From Candidatus Sericytochromatia bacterium (lineage in GTDB: Bacteria; Cyanobacteriota; Sericytochromatia; S15B-MN24; JAQBPE01): 64,000 nucleotides of DNA. Within the stretch, counting starts at the first letter, position 1. Each line of letters starts with the position of its first letter. Where the stretch lies: the NCBI GenBank assembly GCA_036675505.1, contig JAKFEW010000041.1, positions 8,580 to 72,579 on the forward strand, read 5' to 3'. The notes under the pieces are model-generated. The model saw only the letters and a program-made list of their open reading frames with translations, ran no database searches and was not told the origin of the DNA. The position numbers and the translations under genes were made by a program. Below are positions 9,060 through 20,053 of the stretch, one piece after another.

Positions 9060-11885
9060 GTGTCCGCTCTGCGCATCTGGCTCCTGATTGCCGGCCCCGG
9101 CTGGGGCAAGACGACCGCAGCCCGCCGCCTCGCCGCCGAGGCCGGCGGCGAGGTGGTCTGGCTCACGCCCGCAGACCGTGCCGTCGGGACCGTGCCTTCG
9201 TCCGGTGCGGCCGCCGTGGTGCTCGAGGACCTTGCGGGCGAGGCCGATCGCGCCTACGTCCTTCGCTTGCTCGCCACGGTGGAGCACGCGCGCCTGGTCT
9301 TGACGGCGCGCCAGCCGCTCGACCTGCCGCTCGCGCGCCGGATCACGTTCGGCGAGGCCTGCGTGCTCGGCCCGCGAGACCTCGCCATCGGGCCCTCCGC
9401 TGCCGGGTCCGCGTCCTCCGTCCGCCGGTCGGACCCGGCAGCGGGCTGGCCGTTGGGCGTGGCCGCGCTGGTCGGGGGCGCGCCGCCGGCCCTGCTCGAC
9501 GCGCTGGTCGACGAGGAGTGGCTGGCGCCGCTGGCCCCCGCCGCCCGCACGGCGGCCGCGCTCCTGGCCGCGGTCGACACGGTGGGCGAGGCCGCGGCCG
9601 CCGCCGCCGGATGGGACCGCGCAGCGGCGATCGCCTGGGGCCTGCTTGACCCCGCGGGCGCGTGGCACCCGCTGGCCCGCGCCCGGCTCGCCATGAGCCC
9701 GCCGCCGCCTGGCGCCCGCGCTCGCCTGGCCGGGGCCCTGCGGGACGCCGACCCCGAGGCCGCGCTGGCGCTCTACCGAGCAGACAGCCGCGTCGAAGAG
9801 GCCGCGGCCTTGCTTCGGCAGGTCGGCAAGCGCTGGCTGCTCGCCGGCGAGACCGAGCGTCTCGCCACGGCCCTGGCCGGCTTCCCGCCCGGCAGCGAGC
9901 AGGTCGCCCCGGTGCTCGACCTGCTCACCGGTGCCGTCCAGCAGGCCCGCGGCGCCTACCCCGAGGCCGAGGCGTACTACCGGCGCGCGCTCGCGGCTTT
10001 CGACGCCAGCGGCGCGCGGGCGCTCGCCTTCGAGGCCGCAGGCGACCTCGTGCACCTCTTCTGGACCACCGAGGACCTCGCGCGCCTGGAGGCCGCGGCC
10101 CGCGACGCCCGCGCCCGCGAAGCCGACGCCACCCCGGCCGAGCGCACCGAGCTCGAGAACAACCTGGCCTGCCACCACTTCGCGCGCGGCGACGAGTCCG
10201 CGGCCGCGCGCGGCTGGCGGAAGGCGCTCGACCTGCCGCACCTCGACGATCCCCAGACCGCGTCCGTGCAGCAATTCGCGGCGCTCAACCTCGGCATCCT
10301 CGCCAAGGAGCGCGGCGAGTTCGCGGAGGCCATGCGGCTCTTCGCCGTCGTGATCGAGCGGGCCGAGCGCTTCCCGCTGCATCCGGGCGTCCCGCGCGGC
10401 GCCCGGCTGTATATGGCGGCGGTCGCGCTGCGCCAGGGCGATCGCCGCAACGCCGAGGCCTGCTTCGCTGCGCTGGGCGATGCCCTGCCCGAAGACCGGT
10501 ACCGCCGCGCGGAGTTCCGCCAGGTCGAAGGCGAGTACCACCTGTTCACGGGGGCCTTCGAGCCAGCCGAGGTCTGCCTCGGTGAGGCGCTCACGCTCTT
10601 CGCCGCGCTGCCGATGGACACCAACGCGGACGCGGGCCTCGCGCGGAACCAGCTGGGCGTGCTGCACCGCCACCGCGGCGAGCTCGCGGCGGCCCGGCGC
10701 ATGCATGAGGCGGCGCTGGCGCTGGTCGCGCCCTGGCCGCGCTACCACGCCCAGGTCCTGCTCGACGCCGCGGTCACGGCGCTGGCGGCCGGGGAGCCCG
10801 GCGCGGCCGAGCCGGCCCTCGCCGCCGCTGCGGACCTCCTGCGCGCCGCGCCCGCGGCCCACCTGGCGGCGGCGATCGCGCTGGCACGTGGCGTCACGCA
10901 TGCCCGGCGGGGCGACGCGGCCGCCACCGCGGCCCACCTGGCCGAAGGCCTGGCGCTCGTGCGCGAGGGGCCCCTGTACTACGTGCCGATCGCCCAGCGC
11001 GCGATCGCGCCCGAGCTGTGGTCGCTGATGGCGGCCCACGGTCACGCCGACTTGCTCGCGGCGATCGAGGCGCGTTTTCCGGAGGCCGCCCGGGCGATCC
11101 GCGCGGGGCTCGCCGCGCGGGCGACGCCCGCGGCGTCGCCGCCCGTCACTCTGCCACCTGTCGCGCCGAGCCGGGTGGCCATCCGCTGCTTCGGCGAGCT
11201 CCTGGTCGAGGTCGCGGGCGAGGGGCCCGCGCAGTGGCCGCGCAAGAAGGCCAAGGCCCTGCTCGCCATGCTCGTGCTCCGGCCGACCGGCGTGGCGCGC
11301 GAGGAGGCCGCCGACCAGCTCTTCCCCGAGCTCGGCGCCGAGGAGGGCCAGCACCAGCTCGACAACCTGCTGTCGTCGCTGCGAAAGATCCTCGATCCGG
11401 CCTTGCCGCCGCGCGTGAAGTCGGCGCGGCTCGAGGTGCGCGACCGCCGCATCCGCCTCGTCCGCGCAGGCATGGCGATCGACTGGGACGACTTCCAGGC
11501 CGCCCACGACGCCGGGCCCGCGCGCTGGAAGGAGGCGACGGCCCTGTACGGGGGCGATCTCTTCGCCGAGCCCGTGCTGCAGGACCACTTCGAGGCCGAG
11601 CGCCACCAGGCCCGCTCCCGGGCGGTCGTGATGCTGGCCCAGGTGGCCGAGGCGGCCTGGCAGGCCGAGCGCTGGGAGGCGGCGCGGGCGGGCTTCGAGC
11701 GGCTGCTCGCGATCGAGCCCGCCCACGAGGAGGCCCACTGCGGCCTGATGCGGCTTTACGCCTGCCTGGGCGAGGCCGCCCTCGTGCGGCGGCAGTACGA
11801 GGCGCTCGCCGCCGCGCTCCGCCGGGAGATGGACGAGGCGCCCTCGGCGTCGGCCCGCCGGTTGCTCGCCGAATTGCTCCCTTGA
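9060..11885 (+). CDS. STAND-type P-loop NTPase with TPR repeats and a C-terminal OmpR-type winged helix plus BTAD domain. Putative transcriptional regulator.
   Basis: An N-terminal Walker A (GPGWGKTT) is present. The central region is TPR-rich. The C-terminus has IRCFGELLVEVAG...KKAKALLAMLVLRP (wHTH) followed by a BTAD-like helical region (YGGDLFAEPVL...RLYACLGEAALVRRQYEAL). Confidence 0.7.
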   Translation: MSALRIWLLIAGPGWGKTTAARRLAAEAGGEVVWLTPADRAVGTVPSSGAAAVVLEDLAGEADRAYVLRLLATVEHARLVLTARQPLDLPLARRITFGEACVLGPRDLAIGPSAAGSASSVRRSDPAAGWPLGVAALVGGAPPALLDALVDEEWLAPLAPAARTAAALLAAVDTVGEAAAAAAGWDRAAAIAWGLLDPAGAWHPLARARLAMSPPPPGARARLAGALRDADPEAALALYRADSRVEEAAALLRQVGKRWLLAGETERLATALAGFPPGSEQVAPVLDLLTGAVQQARGAYPEAEAYYRRALAAFDASGARALAFEAAGDLVHLFWTTEDLARLEAAARDARAREADATPAERTELENNLACHHFARGDESAAARGWRKALDLPHLDDPQTASVQQFAALNLGILAKERGEFAEAMRLFAVVIERAERFPLHPGVPRGARLYMAAVALRQGDRRNAEACFAALGDALPEDRYRRAEFRQVEGEYHLFTGAFEPAEVCLGEALTLFAALPMDTNADAGLARNQLGVLHRHRGELAAARRMHEAALALVAPWPRYHAQVLLDAAVTALAAGEPGAAEPALAAAADLLRAAPAAHLAAAIALARGVTHARRGDAAATAAHLAEGLALVREGPLYYVPIAQRAIAPELWSLMAAHGHADLLAAIEARFPEAARAIRAGLAARATPAASPPVTLPPVAPSRVAIRCFGELLVEVAGEGPAQWPRKKAKALLAMLVLRPTGVAREEAADQLFPELGAEEGQHQLDNLLSSLRKILDPALPPRVKSARLEVRDRRIRLVRAGMAIDWDDFQAAHDAGPARWKEATALYGGDLFAEPVLQDHFEAERHQARSRAVVMLAQVAEAAWQAERWEAARAGFERLLAIEPAHEEAHCGLMRLYACLGEAALVRRQYEALAAALRREMDEAPSASARRLLAELLP

Positions 11886-11970
11886 GGGACGGCTGGGAGG
11901 ATTTTGGGAGAAGCGAAGGTTAACTTGGGTTTATCGACCAAACCCGCCGCCGCTCTCGAAAGGACCCCCC

Positions 11971-12369
11971 ATGACCCGCCTCGCCACCGCCGCCCTCCTC
12001 CTCGCCGCCGTCGCCCTCGGCGGGTGCGGCGTCGACCGCCCCAACGCACCCACGCGCCTTCCCCGCGCCGCCGCCGCCCAGGCCGCCAAGCTGGCCCCCG
12101 CGGGCCGCAAGCCGACCACCGGCGCCCCCGATCCCACGACGATCTGGTCGTTCATCGATCTCGACCATGATGGCGAGCTGAGCTTCGCCGAGGCGATGCA
12201 GGCGCCCTTCGGCCAGCCCGTGGCCGGCTGGCAGCCCGGCGAGCAGGAGGCGCAGGTGCGCCAGGCGCTCGCGCGGATGGACCGCAACCAGGACGGCGTA
12301 GTGACCCGCGCAGAGTTCCTGGCCGCGTGGTCGGGCCAGTCGGGCGCCGCCGTCCCGGTCGGCCGGTAG
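11971..12369 (+). CDS. EF-hand lipoprotein.
   Basis: There is a signal peptide with a lipobox (LGGCG). Two EF-hand loops are present: DLDHDGELSFAE and DRNQDGVVTRAEF. Confidence 0.65.
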   Translation: MTRLATAALLLAAVALGGCGVDRPNAPTRLPRAAAAQAAKLAPAGRKPTTGAPDPTTIWSFIDLDHDGELSFAEAMQAPFGQPVAGWQPGEQEAQVRQALARMDRNQDGVVTRAEFLAAWSGQSGAAVPVGR

Positions 12370-12375
12370 ACCGCG

Positions 12376-12753
12376 ATGATGCGCATGATCCTCGCCATGG
12401 CCCTCCTCCTCGCCGGCTGCGGGCAGCCGGCACCTCTCACGCCGGACGCCGGCTGGCGGCCCACCGACGGCGCCGCCGTCCAATTCCGCGCAAGCCGCCG
12501 GGGCGACGGCCTGGTCCTCGAGGGCGTGGCCCAGGGCGTCCCCACGCTCGAAGCGCGGCACCTGCGCGACGGCGAGGTGATCCGCACGGTGCCCGTTGCG
12601 CTGCGCGGGGCGCGCTTCACAGTGACGATCGCGCCAGTCGCAGGCGGCGATGAGGTCGAGATCGTCGGCGAGGGCTACCGCAAGAGCCTGCGAATGGAGC
12701 CGTTCGGCCGGGTGGGCACCGGCACGCAAGCCGAGGAAGAGGACACGCTATAA
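12376..12753 (+). CDS. Small lipoprotein of unknown function.
   Basis: A signal peptide with lipobox LLAGCG is present. No other recognisable domain was found. Confidence 0.5.
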   Translation: MMRMILAMALLLAGCGQPAPLTPDAGWRPTDGAAVQFRASRRGDGLVLEGVAQGVPTLEARHLRDGEVIRTVPVALRGARFTVTIAPVAGGDEVEIVGEGYRKSLRMEPFGRVGTGTQAEEEDTL

Positions 12754-12761
12754 GGACCGGA

Positions 12762-13973
12762 ATGAATCGCTCCTTCGCCGTTCTTTCCCGCGCCTGCGTC
12801 GTCGCCCTGCTGGGGGCCGCGACGCTAGCGGCGTGCAGCGCCCCGCCAGGCCTGGTTCCCTCGGCCGCGTCGCGCGAGGGCGTGCTCCAGGCTCGGCAGG
12901 TCGGCCTCGGCGCGCGTCCTGGGCTCGACGAAGCCTACCTCGCCGCGCGCGCCCAGGTGGGCCCGCGGCCGTCGCTGGCATCGATCGGCGGCTGGGGCAT
13001 CGGCCCGGACGGCCGCTTGATGGACGCGGAAGCCCTCCGGCCCTTGCGCCCCAGCGGCGATCTGTCGGCCCGCTGGAGCTTCATGTTCCTGCTGCCCGGC
13101 GGCCGGCCGAACCAGGGCGAGACGCGGTTCCTGGACGTCTCGGTCGACGCGGAAGGCCGCATGCACCTCCAGAAGCAGACCATGCCCCTGCGGGCCGCCC
13201 CGATCCCCTACGACCCGGCGCGCTGCGTCTCGCTCGCCCGCGCGATCCAGCTCGCCGCCGCCGACGGCCTGCGCGATCGCGATCTGCACCTCCACGTCGC
13301 GCCGACGGACGGCCTCTTCACCGGCGGTTCGGACGTCCCCTACCAGGGCGCCCTGACCTACCTCCTGGGCGAAGATTCGCGCTACGGCCGGGCGCGCCGC
13401 GTGCTGGCCAACGAGGGCACGCTGGTCCGCGAGCCCGCCGAGGCGGAGCAGGCTCAGATCCTGCGCCTCGCGCGCCCGCTGGTCGAGCGCTGGCGCAAGG
13501 TCCTGACCGGGGGCGAGGATCGGCCCGCCACGCGTGACGACCTGCTGCGCGCGGGCTTCCAGCCGGCCGGCGTCGACGGCTATATCCGGCAGTTCGACGT
13601 GGACGCGGACGGCCGCATCTCGGCGAAGGAGTTCCATGCGCGCTTCGAAGCGCCGGAATGGCTCCGGCTCTGGCGGGTCATCGCGATCGAGATGCAGCAC
13701 CACCGGGCCGACGCCAACGCCGACGGCCGCCTGACCGCCGCCGAAGCGGCGGCGGTCCAGTTCCGGTTCATCAGCTTGAAGGGCGAGGAGCAGCGCCTCC
13801 CGCTCGCGGTCTCGCCCGCCGAGCTCGCCGGCGCCGACCGCGACGGCGACGGCGCCCTCGATCTCAACGAGTTCGTGCCGCTCGGCCTGCGCAAGACGCT
13901 CGCGCTGCTCGAGCTGAACCCGGCGGCGATCGACTCGTTCGTCCAGATCCAGACCAAGCCCTGGTCCCACTAG
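12762..13973 (+). CDS. Lipoprotein with C-terminal EF-hand calcium-binding motifs.
   Basis: Lipobox LAACS. EF-hand loops are [25 protein letters not shown] and [13 protein letters not shown]. Confidence 0.65.
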   Translation: MNRSFAVLSRACVVALLGAATLAACSAPPGLVPSAASREGVLQARQVGLGARPGLDEAYLAARAQVGPRPSLASIGGWGIGPDGRLMDAEALRPLRPSGDLSARWSFMFLLPGGRPNQGETRFLDVSVDAEGRMHLQKQTMPLRAAPIPYDPARCVSLARAIQLAAADGLRDRDLHLHVAPTDGLFTGGSDVPYQGALTYLLGEDSRYGRARRVLANEGTLVREPAEAEQAQILRLARPLVERWRKVLTGGEDRPATRDDLLRAGFQPAGVDGYIRQFDVDADGRISAKEFHARFEAPEWLRLWRVIAIEMQHHRADANADGRLTAAEAAAVQFRFISLKGEEQRLPLAVSPAELAGADRDGDGALDLNEFVPLGLRKTLALLELNPAAIDSFVQIQTKPWSH

Positions 13974-15586
13974 ACCTTCGCGGGATCCTTCCGGGGCGCC
14001 GATTCGGTCTTCGACTCGTGGTACTCCTCCTCGGTGTTGATCTCCCAGATCGCCGCCTTGTCGATCGCCCCCGCGAGGATCTGATCGACCGCGGTCATGG
14101 CGGTCAGCATCGAGTGGTCCTGGTTGTTGTAGCGGTGCATGCCGTTCCGGCCCACCAGGAAGAGGTTCTCGAAGGCGTCGGCGTGGTCGCGCAGGCGGCC
14201 GAACTGCAGGTAGGCTTCGCCGAAGTAGCCCGGGTATGCCTTGGGCATGCGGATCACGCAGGCGTCGCGCACGTCGCCTGCCTCGATGATGCCGATCTTC
14301 GCGAGCTCCGCGACGCCGAGCTGCTTCATCTCCTCCTCCGGCATCGTCCAGAGCCGGTCGCCCTCGTTCACGAAGTACTCCATCCCGACCCAGACCTTGC
14401 CCGGGTCCGCGACCATGAACGGGCTCCAGTTGTTGAAGATTTGCAGGCGGCCCACCTGGACGTCAGGCTCCTGGATGTAGATCCAGTTGTCCTTGATCAG
14501 CTGGCGGCCCTCGGGCGTCTCGTCGTGGACCTTGAGCTTGTCGAGCAGCAGGCCCACGGTCATGAAGTCGCGATACTGCAAGCCGTCGCTGATCGCGAGC
14601 AGCTCGGCCGGCGGGGCGGGCTCGAAAGCGCGCATGAGCTCGCGGATGGGCATCGTCGAGAAGAAATACTCGCCCTCGAAGGTGCGCTCCGCGCCGGTGT
14701 CCTTGTGGCGGGCGACCACGGCGCGCACCCGGCCGCCCTCGTGGCGGAGGTGCAGGACCTCCCAGCCCATCAGCACCTCGCCGCCGAGGGCTTCGACCTT
14801 CTTCGAGGCCTCATCCCACATCTGGCCGGGGCCGAACTTGGGGTACATGAACTGCTCGATGAGCGAGGTCTCGACGCCCTTCTGGCCGATGTCGCGGCCG
14901 CTCGGCTTCACGAGCTGCTGGAGGAAGTGGGCGATCGCCTTCGTGATCGACAGGCCCTTCACGCGCTGGGCGCCCCACTCCGCGCTGATGTTGCGGCACG
15001 CGGTGCCCCAGACCTTGGCCGTGTAGTCCTTGAAGAAGGTGTTGTAGAGCTCACGCCCGAACCGGTTGATGTAGAAATCCTCGAGGTTCTGCTCCGGCTT
15101 GATCGGAAAGGCCATGGCGCGCAGGTAGCTCAGCCCGACGCGGACGGTGCGCACCAGCCCCATCTTCATGAGCGTCTCGGGCGTCAGCTGGATCGGGTAG
15201 TCGAAGAACTTCCGGAACGAGTAGATGCGGCTCTTGCGCTCGCGCACGAGCATGACGGCGTCCGTGGTCGCGGGGTCGAGGCCGCCCGGCGCCACGTCGA
15301 GCGGCCGGCTGCGGTTCTGGTAGGTGATCGTGTGCGAGCCGGCCGGCAGGTCCTGCAGCGGCATCATGTCGAGCCACCACTGCATCACGCGATCGTCCTT
15401 CGAGAAGAACCGGTGGCCGCCGATGTCGATGCGGTTGCCCTTGTAGTTGACCGTGCGCGAGATGCCGCCCAGGATGTCGCTCTTCTCGAGCACGATCGGG
15501 TGAATGTCGCTGCGGGTGGCGAGCTCGTACGCGGCCGTCAGGCCGGCGGGCCCGCCGCCGATGATGATGGCTTGGCGTGGCGGCAA
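13970..15586 (-). CDS. FAD/NAD(P)-binding oxidoreductase (amine-oxidase-like fold).
   Basis: An N-terminal Rossmann dinucleotide motif is present ([15 protein letters not shown]...LEKSDILGG). The protein is 538 aa. Confidence 0.7.
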   Translation of the reverse strand: MPPRQAIIIGGGPAGLTAAYELATRSDIHPIVLEKSDILGGISRTVNYKGNRIDIGGHRFFSKDDRVMQWWLDMMPLQDLPAGSHTITYQNRSRPLDVAPGGLDPATTDAVMLVRERKSRIYSFRKFFDYPIQLTPETLMKMGLVRTVRVGLSYLRAMAFPIKPEQNLEDFYINRFGRELYNTFFKDYTAKVWGTACRNISAEWGAQRVKGLSITKAIAHFLQQLVKPSGRDIGQKGVETSLIEQFMYPKFGPGQMWDEASKKVEALGGEVLMGWEVLHLRHEGGRVRAVVARHKDTGAERTFEGEYFFSTMPIRELMRAFEPAPPAELLAISDGLQYRDFMTVGLLLDKLKVHDETPEGRQLIKDNWIYIQEPDVQVGRLQIFNNWSPFMVADPGKVWVGMEYFVNEGDRLWTMPEEEMKQLGVAELAKIGIIEAGDVRDACVIRMPKAYPGYFGEAYLQFGRLRDHADAFENLFLVGRNGMHRYNNQDHSMLTAMTAVDQILAGAIDKAAIWEINTEEEYHESKTESAPRKDPAKV

Positions 15587-15673
15587 AGGTCTATCCCCGG
15601 GTCAGTGGCTGCGGCCCGTGCCGCCGCGTCGCAGGATCGTACCGCGCCGCGCCCGGAGCGGCAAGCGCCGCCG

Positions 15674-17185
15674 TCACTGCGGCGTGGGGGCGAGCCGGTA
15701 GACCCAGAAGTCCTCGTCGCCGACGAGCGCGCCCACCTCGGCGTGCAGCAGCGTGGCGGTGCCGCCGAACCGCTCCCGCTCGGCCTCTTCGAGCTCATGG
15801 TTCAGGAGCAGCACCACCGCGCGGCGCGCGGCGAGCGCCGCGCGCACGGGCTCCACCAGCTGGTCGGGCGAGACGAAGCGGCTCCGCGTCCACTTCACGA
15901 AGCGGCGCGGCTCGCGCGCGGCGAGCAGGTAGAGCGGCTGGTCGAGCCAGGTGCCGACGCCACACGTCGCGTAGTCCGGGGCGGCCATGATCGTCGCCGG
16001 ATCGACGTGGTGGGCCTGCAGCCACGCGGCGGTCGCCCGGGCGTTCGAGAAGGGCGCCCGCAGGTCGGCCACGGCCAGCCAGGCGGTCGCGACCACCGAC
16101 GGCGCGAGCAGCGCCGCGACGAGCCAGCGCGCGGCGCCCTCGCGGTAGCTCGCGCCCTCGTGGGCCGCGAGCCAGAGCGCGGCGACGGCGACGAGCTGGT
16201 AGTGCAGCACGTGGCGCACCACGCCCGGGTAAATCGCGAACGCGAAGGCGAAGAGCGCCGCCGTGCCGGACCAGAAGAACGCCGCCGCGAGCGGGCGCCC
16301 GCGCAGGGCGACCTGGTGCACGATCGCGAGGGCGAGCACACCGACGACCAGCGCCCCCACCCCCGACATCGCCGTGCTGTTCCAGGGGTGCACCCAGTTC
16401 GAGGGGATCGGCGCGAAGGCCCAGCCCAGTCGCATCATGGCGCCGAGCAGCGCGGTCGGCGTGCGGACGTCGGGCGTGCCGGCGCCGGGGAAGAAGTCGT
16501 CGGGCGGGCGCATGGCGGCGATCGCCCCCAGCACCCCGGCCGCCGCCAGCGCGGCGCCTGCGCCCGTGGCATCGGGCATGGCCGCGAACGTCGTGCGCCA
16601 GGCGCCGGTGCGTTGCTGCTCCCAGGCGATCGCCGCGGCGAAGGCACCCGCCACGAGCACGCCGTAGACGCTCGTGAAGGCGAGCAGCCCGAGCGCCAGC
16701 CCGAGCGCCCAGGGGCGCCGGTGGCGTTCCGGCCAGAGCGCGCAGGCCGCCAGCGTCGCGAGCGCGCCGAGCCCGTAGCCGCGGGCGACCACGCTGTACT
16801 CGTACGCCAGCACGTAGCCGAACACCACGAGCGCCCTGGCGAGCCGGTCGAACGGCGCCCAGCGCAGCACCACGTAGGCGGCCGCGGCGCCGATCGATGC
16901 GGCGAGGGCCTGCATCGCCGCGGGCTCGGGCGTGAAGCGCGAGAGGATCCAGAGCGGCAGGTGCCAGAGCGGCGGGTGGGCTTCGTAGCGGAGGTTCGCG
17001 ATCAGCTCGCCGAGCCCCCCGCTCGCCCGCACGATGCCCCAGGCCTGCAGCTCGTCGCGCCAGGGCTCGTGGTGCCACGCCAGCACCGCCACGAGCGCGA
17101 CGTAGCCCAGCCAGAGCGCCCATTCGGCGGGACCGAGCCCGAGGGGCCCGGGGCGGGATGGAGAGGGGGTCGGCTCGCTGCTCAC
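15674..17185 (-). CDS. Polytopic membrane protein, possibly a GT-C type glycosyltransferase.
   Basis: More than ten predicted TM helices. No confident family motif, so the functional call is tentative. Confidence 0.5.
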   Translation of the reverse strand: MSSEPTPSPSRPGPLGLGPAEWALWLGYVALVAVLAWHHEPWRDELQAWGIVRASGGLGELIANLRYEAHPPLWHLPLWILSRFTPEPAAMQALAASIGAAAAYVVLRWAPFDRLARALVVFGYVLAYEYSVVARGYGLGALATLAACALWPERHRRPWALGLALGLLAFTSVYGVLVAGAFAAAIAWEQQRTGAWRTTFAAMPDATGAGAALAAAGVLGAIAAMRPPDDFFPGAGTPDVRTPTALLGAMMRLGWAFAPIPSNWVHPWNSTAMSGVGALVVGVLALAIVHQVALRGRPLAAAFFWSGTAALFAFAFAIYPGVVRHVLHYQLVAVAALWLAAHEGASYREGAARWLVAALLAPSVVATAWLAVADLRAPFSNARATAAWLQAHHVDPATIMAAPDYATCGVGTWLDQPLYLLAAREPRRFVKWTRSRFVSPDQLVEPVRAALAARRAVVLLLNHELEEAERERFGGTATLLHAEVGALVGDEDFWVYRLAPTPQ

Positions 17186-17259
17186 GCGGGCCCTTGTACC
17201 CGATGGCGACGTCCGCCCGTCCGTCGGACCTGATGCGACGGCGCTATACGATCCCGAAG

Positions 17260-18543
17260 ATGGGCGCCCACGTGCTCCAAGCGTTTTACGATCCTTACCG
17301 GGCCGCGTTGGCGATCCTGATCGCGGCGACGGCGGCGTTCCTGCTGTTGGCGCTCGCGGCGCGCGTCGGCAGGGGGCGCGGACGCGATCGGGCGCTCGAT
17401 GAAGCGCGCCAGTGGCTCGCGGCGATCGTGGAGTCGTCGACCGACGCGATCCTGTCGATCGACCGCACGGGCCGGATCACGAGCTGGAACGCGGCGGCCG
17501 ATCGGATGTTCGGCTACCGCGCGGGCGAGATGCTCGGCACCGAAGGCGCGGCGATCGTGCCGCCGGAGTGCATCCCCGAGCGCGCCGCGCAGCTCGCGCG
17601 CGTGCTGGAGGGCCAGGTCGTCGAGGCCCACGAGACCGAACGGGTGCGCCGCGACGGGCAACGGCTCGCCGTTTCGCTCACCATGCACCCGGTGCGCGCG
17701 GCCGACGGCCGGATCGTCGGCGGCGCGGTGATCGCCCGCGACATCACGGCGCGCAAACGAGCCGAGGCCGAGCTCGCCCATCGCAGCGGCGAGCTCGAGC
17801 GCCTGAACGAGGAGCTGCGGCGGGCCGACCGCCACAAGGACGATTTCCTGAGCGTGATCAGCCACGAGCTGCGCACGCCGCTCAACTTCATCACGGGCTT
17901 CGCTTCGATCCTCGCGGATGAGGTGGCGGGCCCGCTCAACGTCACCCAACACGCCTACCTCGGCAAGATCCTCGACGGCTCGGACATGATGCTCCGGCTC
18001 GTGAACGACCTGCTCGATGCGGCGAAGATGCAGGCCGGCAAGCTGCACGTCGCGCCGACGGAGACGGACGTGGCCGCGATCGTGGAGCAGGTGGTGGCCC
18101 GCCTCCACCCGCTCGCCGCCCGCAAGGCGATCAAGCTCGCCGCCACGGTGGACGTGCCCATCAAGCCGGTCATCGACGACCTGCGCATCCTCCAGGTGCT
18201 CACGAATCTGGTGGGCAACGCCCTCAAGTTCACGCCTTCCGGCGGCGAGGTCGCGATCCGCGTGTGGACGCGCCGGGAGGCCGATGGCGACGACGTGGTC
18301 TTCCAGGTGCGCGACAACGGCGTGGGCATCTCGCAGGCGGACCTCGGCCGGCTGTTCACGCCCTTTCAGCAGGCCGACATGAGCCCCACGCGCCAGGTGG
18401 GCGGCACCGGCCTGGGGCTCTCGATCAGCAAGGCGATCGTGGAGGCCCATGGCGGCGAGATCGGCGTGATGAGCGAGCCCGGCGTCGGCAGCACGTTCTG
18501 GTTCGCGTTACCGGCGAAGGTGCCGGCGGTGAAGCCGGTCTAG
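17260..18543 (+). CDS. PAS-domain sensor histidine kinase.
   Basis: A TM segment is followed by a PAS domain (AIVESSTDAILSIDRTGRITSWNAAADRMFGY). The H-box is ISHELRTPLN. The HATPase region has DNGVGI and GGTGLGLSISK. Confidence 0.75.
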   Translation: MGAHVLQAFYDPYRAALAILIAATAAFLLLALAARVGRGRGRDRALDEARQWLAAIVESSTDAILSIDRTGRITSWNAAADRMFGYRAGEMLGTEGAAIVPPECIPERAAQLARVLEGQVVEAHETERVRRDGQRLAVSLTMHPVRAADGRIVGGAVIARDITARKRAEAELAHRSGELERLNEELRRADRHKDDFLSVISHELRTPLNFITGFASILADEVAGPLNVTQHAYLGKILDGSDMMLRLVNDLLDAAKMQAGKLHVAPTETDVAAIVEQVVARLHPLAARKAIKLAATVDVPIKPVIDDLRILQVLTNLVGNALKFTPSGGEVAIRVWTRREADGDDVVFQVRDNGVGISQADLGRLFTPFQQADMSPTRQVGGTGLGLSISKAIVEAHGGEIGVMSEPGVGSTFWFALPAKVPAVKPV

Positions 18544-18953
18544 TGACCGCCGCAGCCCCGGCCGTCCTTGCGCACGCTCACGGTCGGGCGCGGGCCGGTC
18601 GCCTGGCCGAAGGCGGGCGCCGTGAGCAGGGCGTAGAGCTCGCCGGCCTCGGCGGCGAGCGGCTGGTCGGAGGCCGCATAGGCCTTGAGCGCGCCCTCGC
18701 GGCCGCCGTGCGTGGCCGCGTCGACGGTGATCACGAAGAGGTAGCAGAGCGTGGCGCCGAGAGGATCCGCGGGGCGGAACCCGGCGAGGTCGTCGCGCAG
18801 CGACCGGCCGAGGCGCGCGCCGTCGCGCAGGAACTCGCGCAGGGCGTCGAGCACGGCGGGCGCGTCGTCCGCGCCCAGCTTGCCGCCGGCGGCGGCCATC
18901 CGGGCGCGCAGCGCGGCGAGGGCGGGGTAGTCGGTCGAAACGTCGGGGCTCAT
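18540..18953 (-). CDS. Hypothetical protein.
   Basis: An internal start MSPDVSTDY is at 18953. There is a tail-to-tail 4-nt overlap with the histidine kinase stop. No recognisable domain. Confidence 0.4.
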   Translation of the reverse strand: MSPDVSTDYPALAALRARMAAAGGKLGADDAPAVLDALREFLRDGARLGRSLRDDLAGFRPADPLGATLCYLFVITVDAATHGGREGALKAYAASDQPLAAEAGELYALLTAPAFGQATGPRPTVSVRKDGRGCGGH

Positions 18954-19095
18954 GGGGCTTCCTCCAGCCCCCATCTTAACAAAATTGCGTCGCCGCGCCG
19001 GTCCGGGGCGCGATTCGCCGAACCATAACGTAAGTTTTACGTCAGTTTGAGGCTGGGCGCTGGATACATACACCGTCCCCCCCCGCGACCCCTTC

Positions 19096-20052
19096 GTGCC
19101 CATGCTTCAACGCTACTTCCAAGTTCTAATGAACGGCGGCAAGATCGTCGAACAGGCGCGCCCCCTCGAAGACGGCCTGGCCGCCTTCGCTGCGGGCGAC
19201 TATGCGACGGCCGAAGGGCTTCTGCTGGCGGCGATCGCCACCCAGCCCGACGAAGTCCGCGCGCTGACGGCGCTGGGGCTGATCGCCCTGGCCGACGGCC
19301 GCGCCGAAGACGCCGCCGAGCACCTCGCCAAGGCGCGCCGGCGCCTGCCCTCAGACGTGCGGATCGCCGTCGCGCTCGCGGATTGCTACCGCCTGGCCGG
19401 CCTGCCGGACCGCGCCATCGACGGCTACAAGGCCGTGCTTCGCCTCGAGGCCACCCACGCCGAGGCCCAGCGCAAGCTCGGCGAGACGCTCCTCGAGGCC
19501 GGCCGCTCGGCCGAGGCCCTGAACGCGCTGAACCAGGCCGTCTACCGCGATCGCAAGGACGTCGGCGCGCGCCTGCTGATCGCCCGCATCTGCCTCGACG
19601 CCCGCGACGAGCAGCGCGCCCTCGCGCAGCTCCACATGGTCGAGAAGCTCGAGCCGGGCCGTCTGGACACCCAGCGCCTCTTCGCCGAAGCCTTCGACCG
19701 CGTCGGCGATTTCCGCCAGATGGCCGTCCACCTCGGCGCGGTCGTGGCGCTCGGCGTCGCGTCGCTCGAGGAGCTGTGGCGCCTCGCCAACACCTACCTG
19801 TTCATCGGCCGCCGCGAGGAGGCCCTGACGATGTTTCAGAAAGCCGCGACCTGCGAGCCCTCGCCGGGCCCGGCCCACGAAGCCGTCGCGCAGGTCGCCG
19901 AAGAGCTCGGCCGCTACGGCCTGGCGATGGAGACCTGGCGCCTGCTCGCGGGCGTGAAGGAGTACCAGGGCGTGGCCAACGCCGCGGTCGAGCGCGTGCG
20001 CGCGCTGCGCGGCACGGGGCGCATGGGCACGGGCCGGCTGGCCGCCGCATAA
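19096..20052 (+). CDS. TPR-repeat protein.
   Basis: Multiple 34-residue TPR-like repeats (for example ALTALGLIALADGRAEDAAEHLAKA). Confidence 0.65.
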   Translation: MPMLQRYFQVLMNGGKIVEQARPLEDGLAAFAAGDYATAEGLLLAAIATQPDEVRALTALGLIALADGRAEDAAEHLAKARRRLPSDVRIAVALADCYRLAGLPDRAIDGYKAVLRLEATHAEAQRKLGETLLEAGRSAEALNALNQAVYRDRKDVGARLLIARICLDARDEQRALAQLHMVEKLEPGRLDTQRLFAEAFDRVGDFRQMAVHLGAVVALGVASLEELWRLANTYLFIGRREEALTMFQKAATCEPSPGPAHEAVAQVAEELGRYGLAMETWRLLAGVKEYQGVANAAVERVRALRGTGRMGTGRLAAA

Positions 20053-20053
20053 C

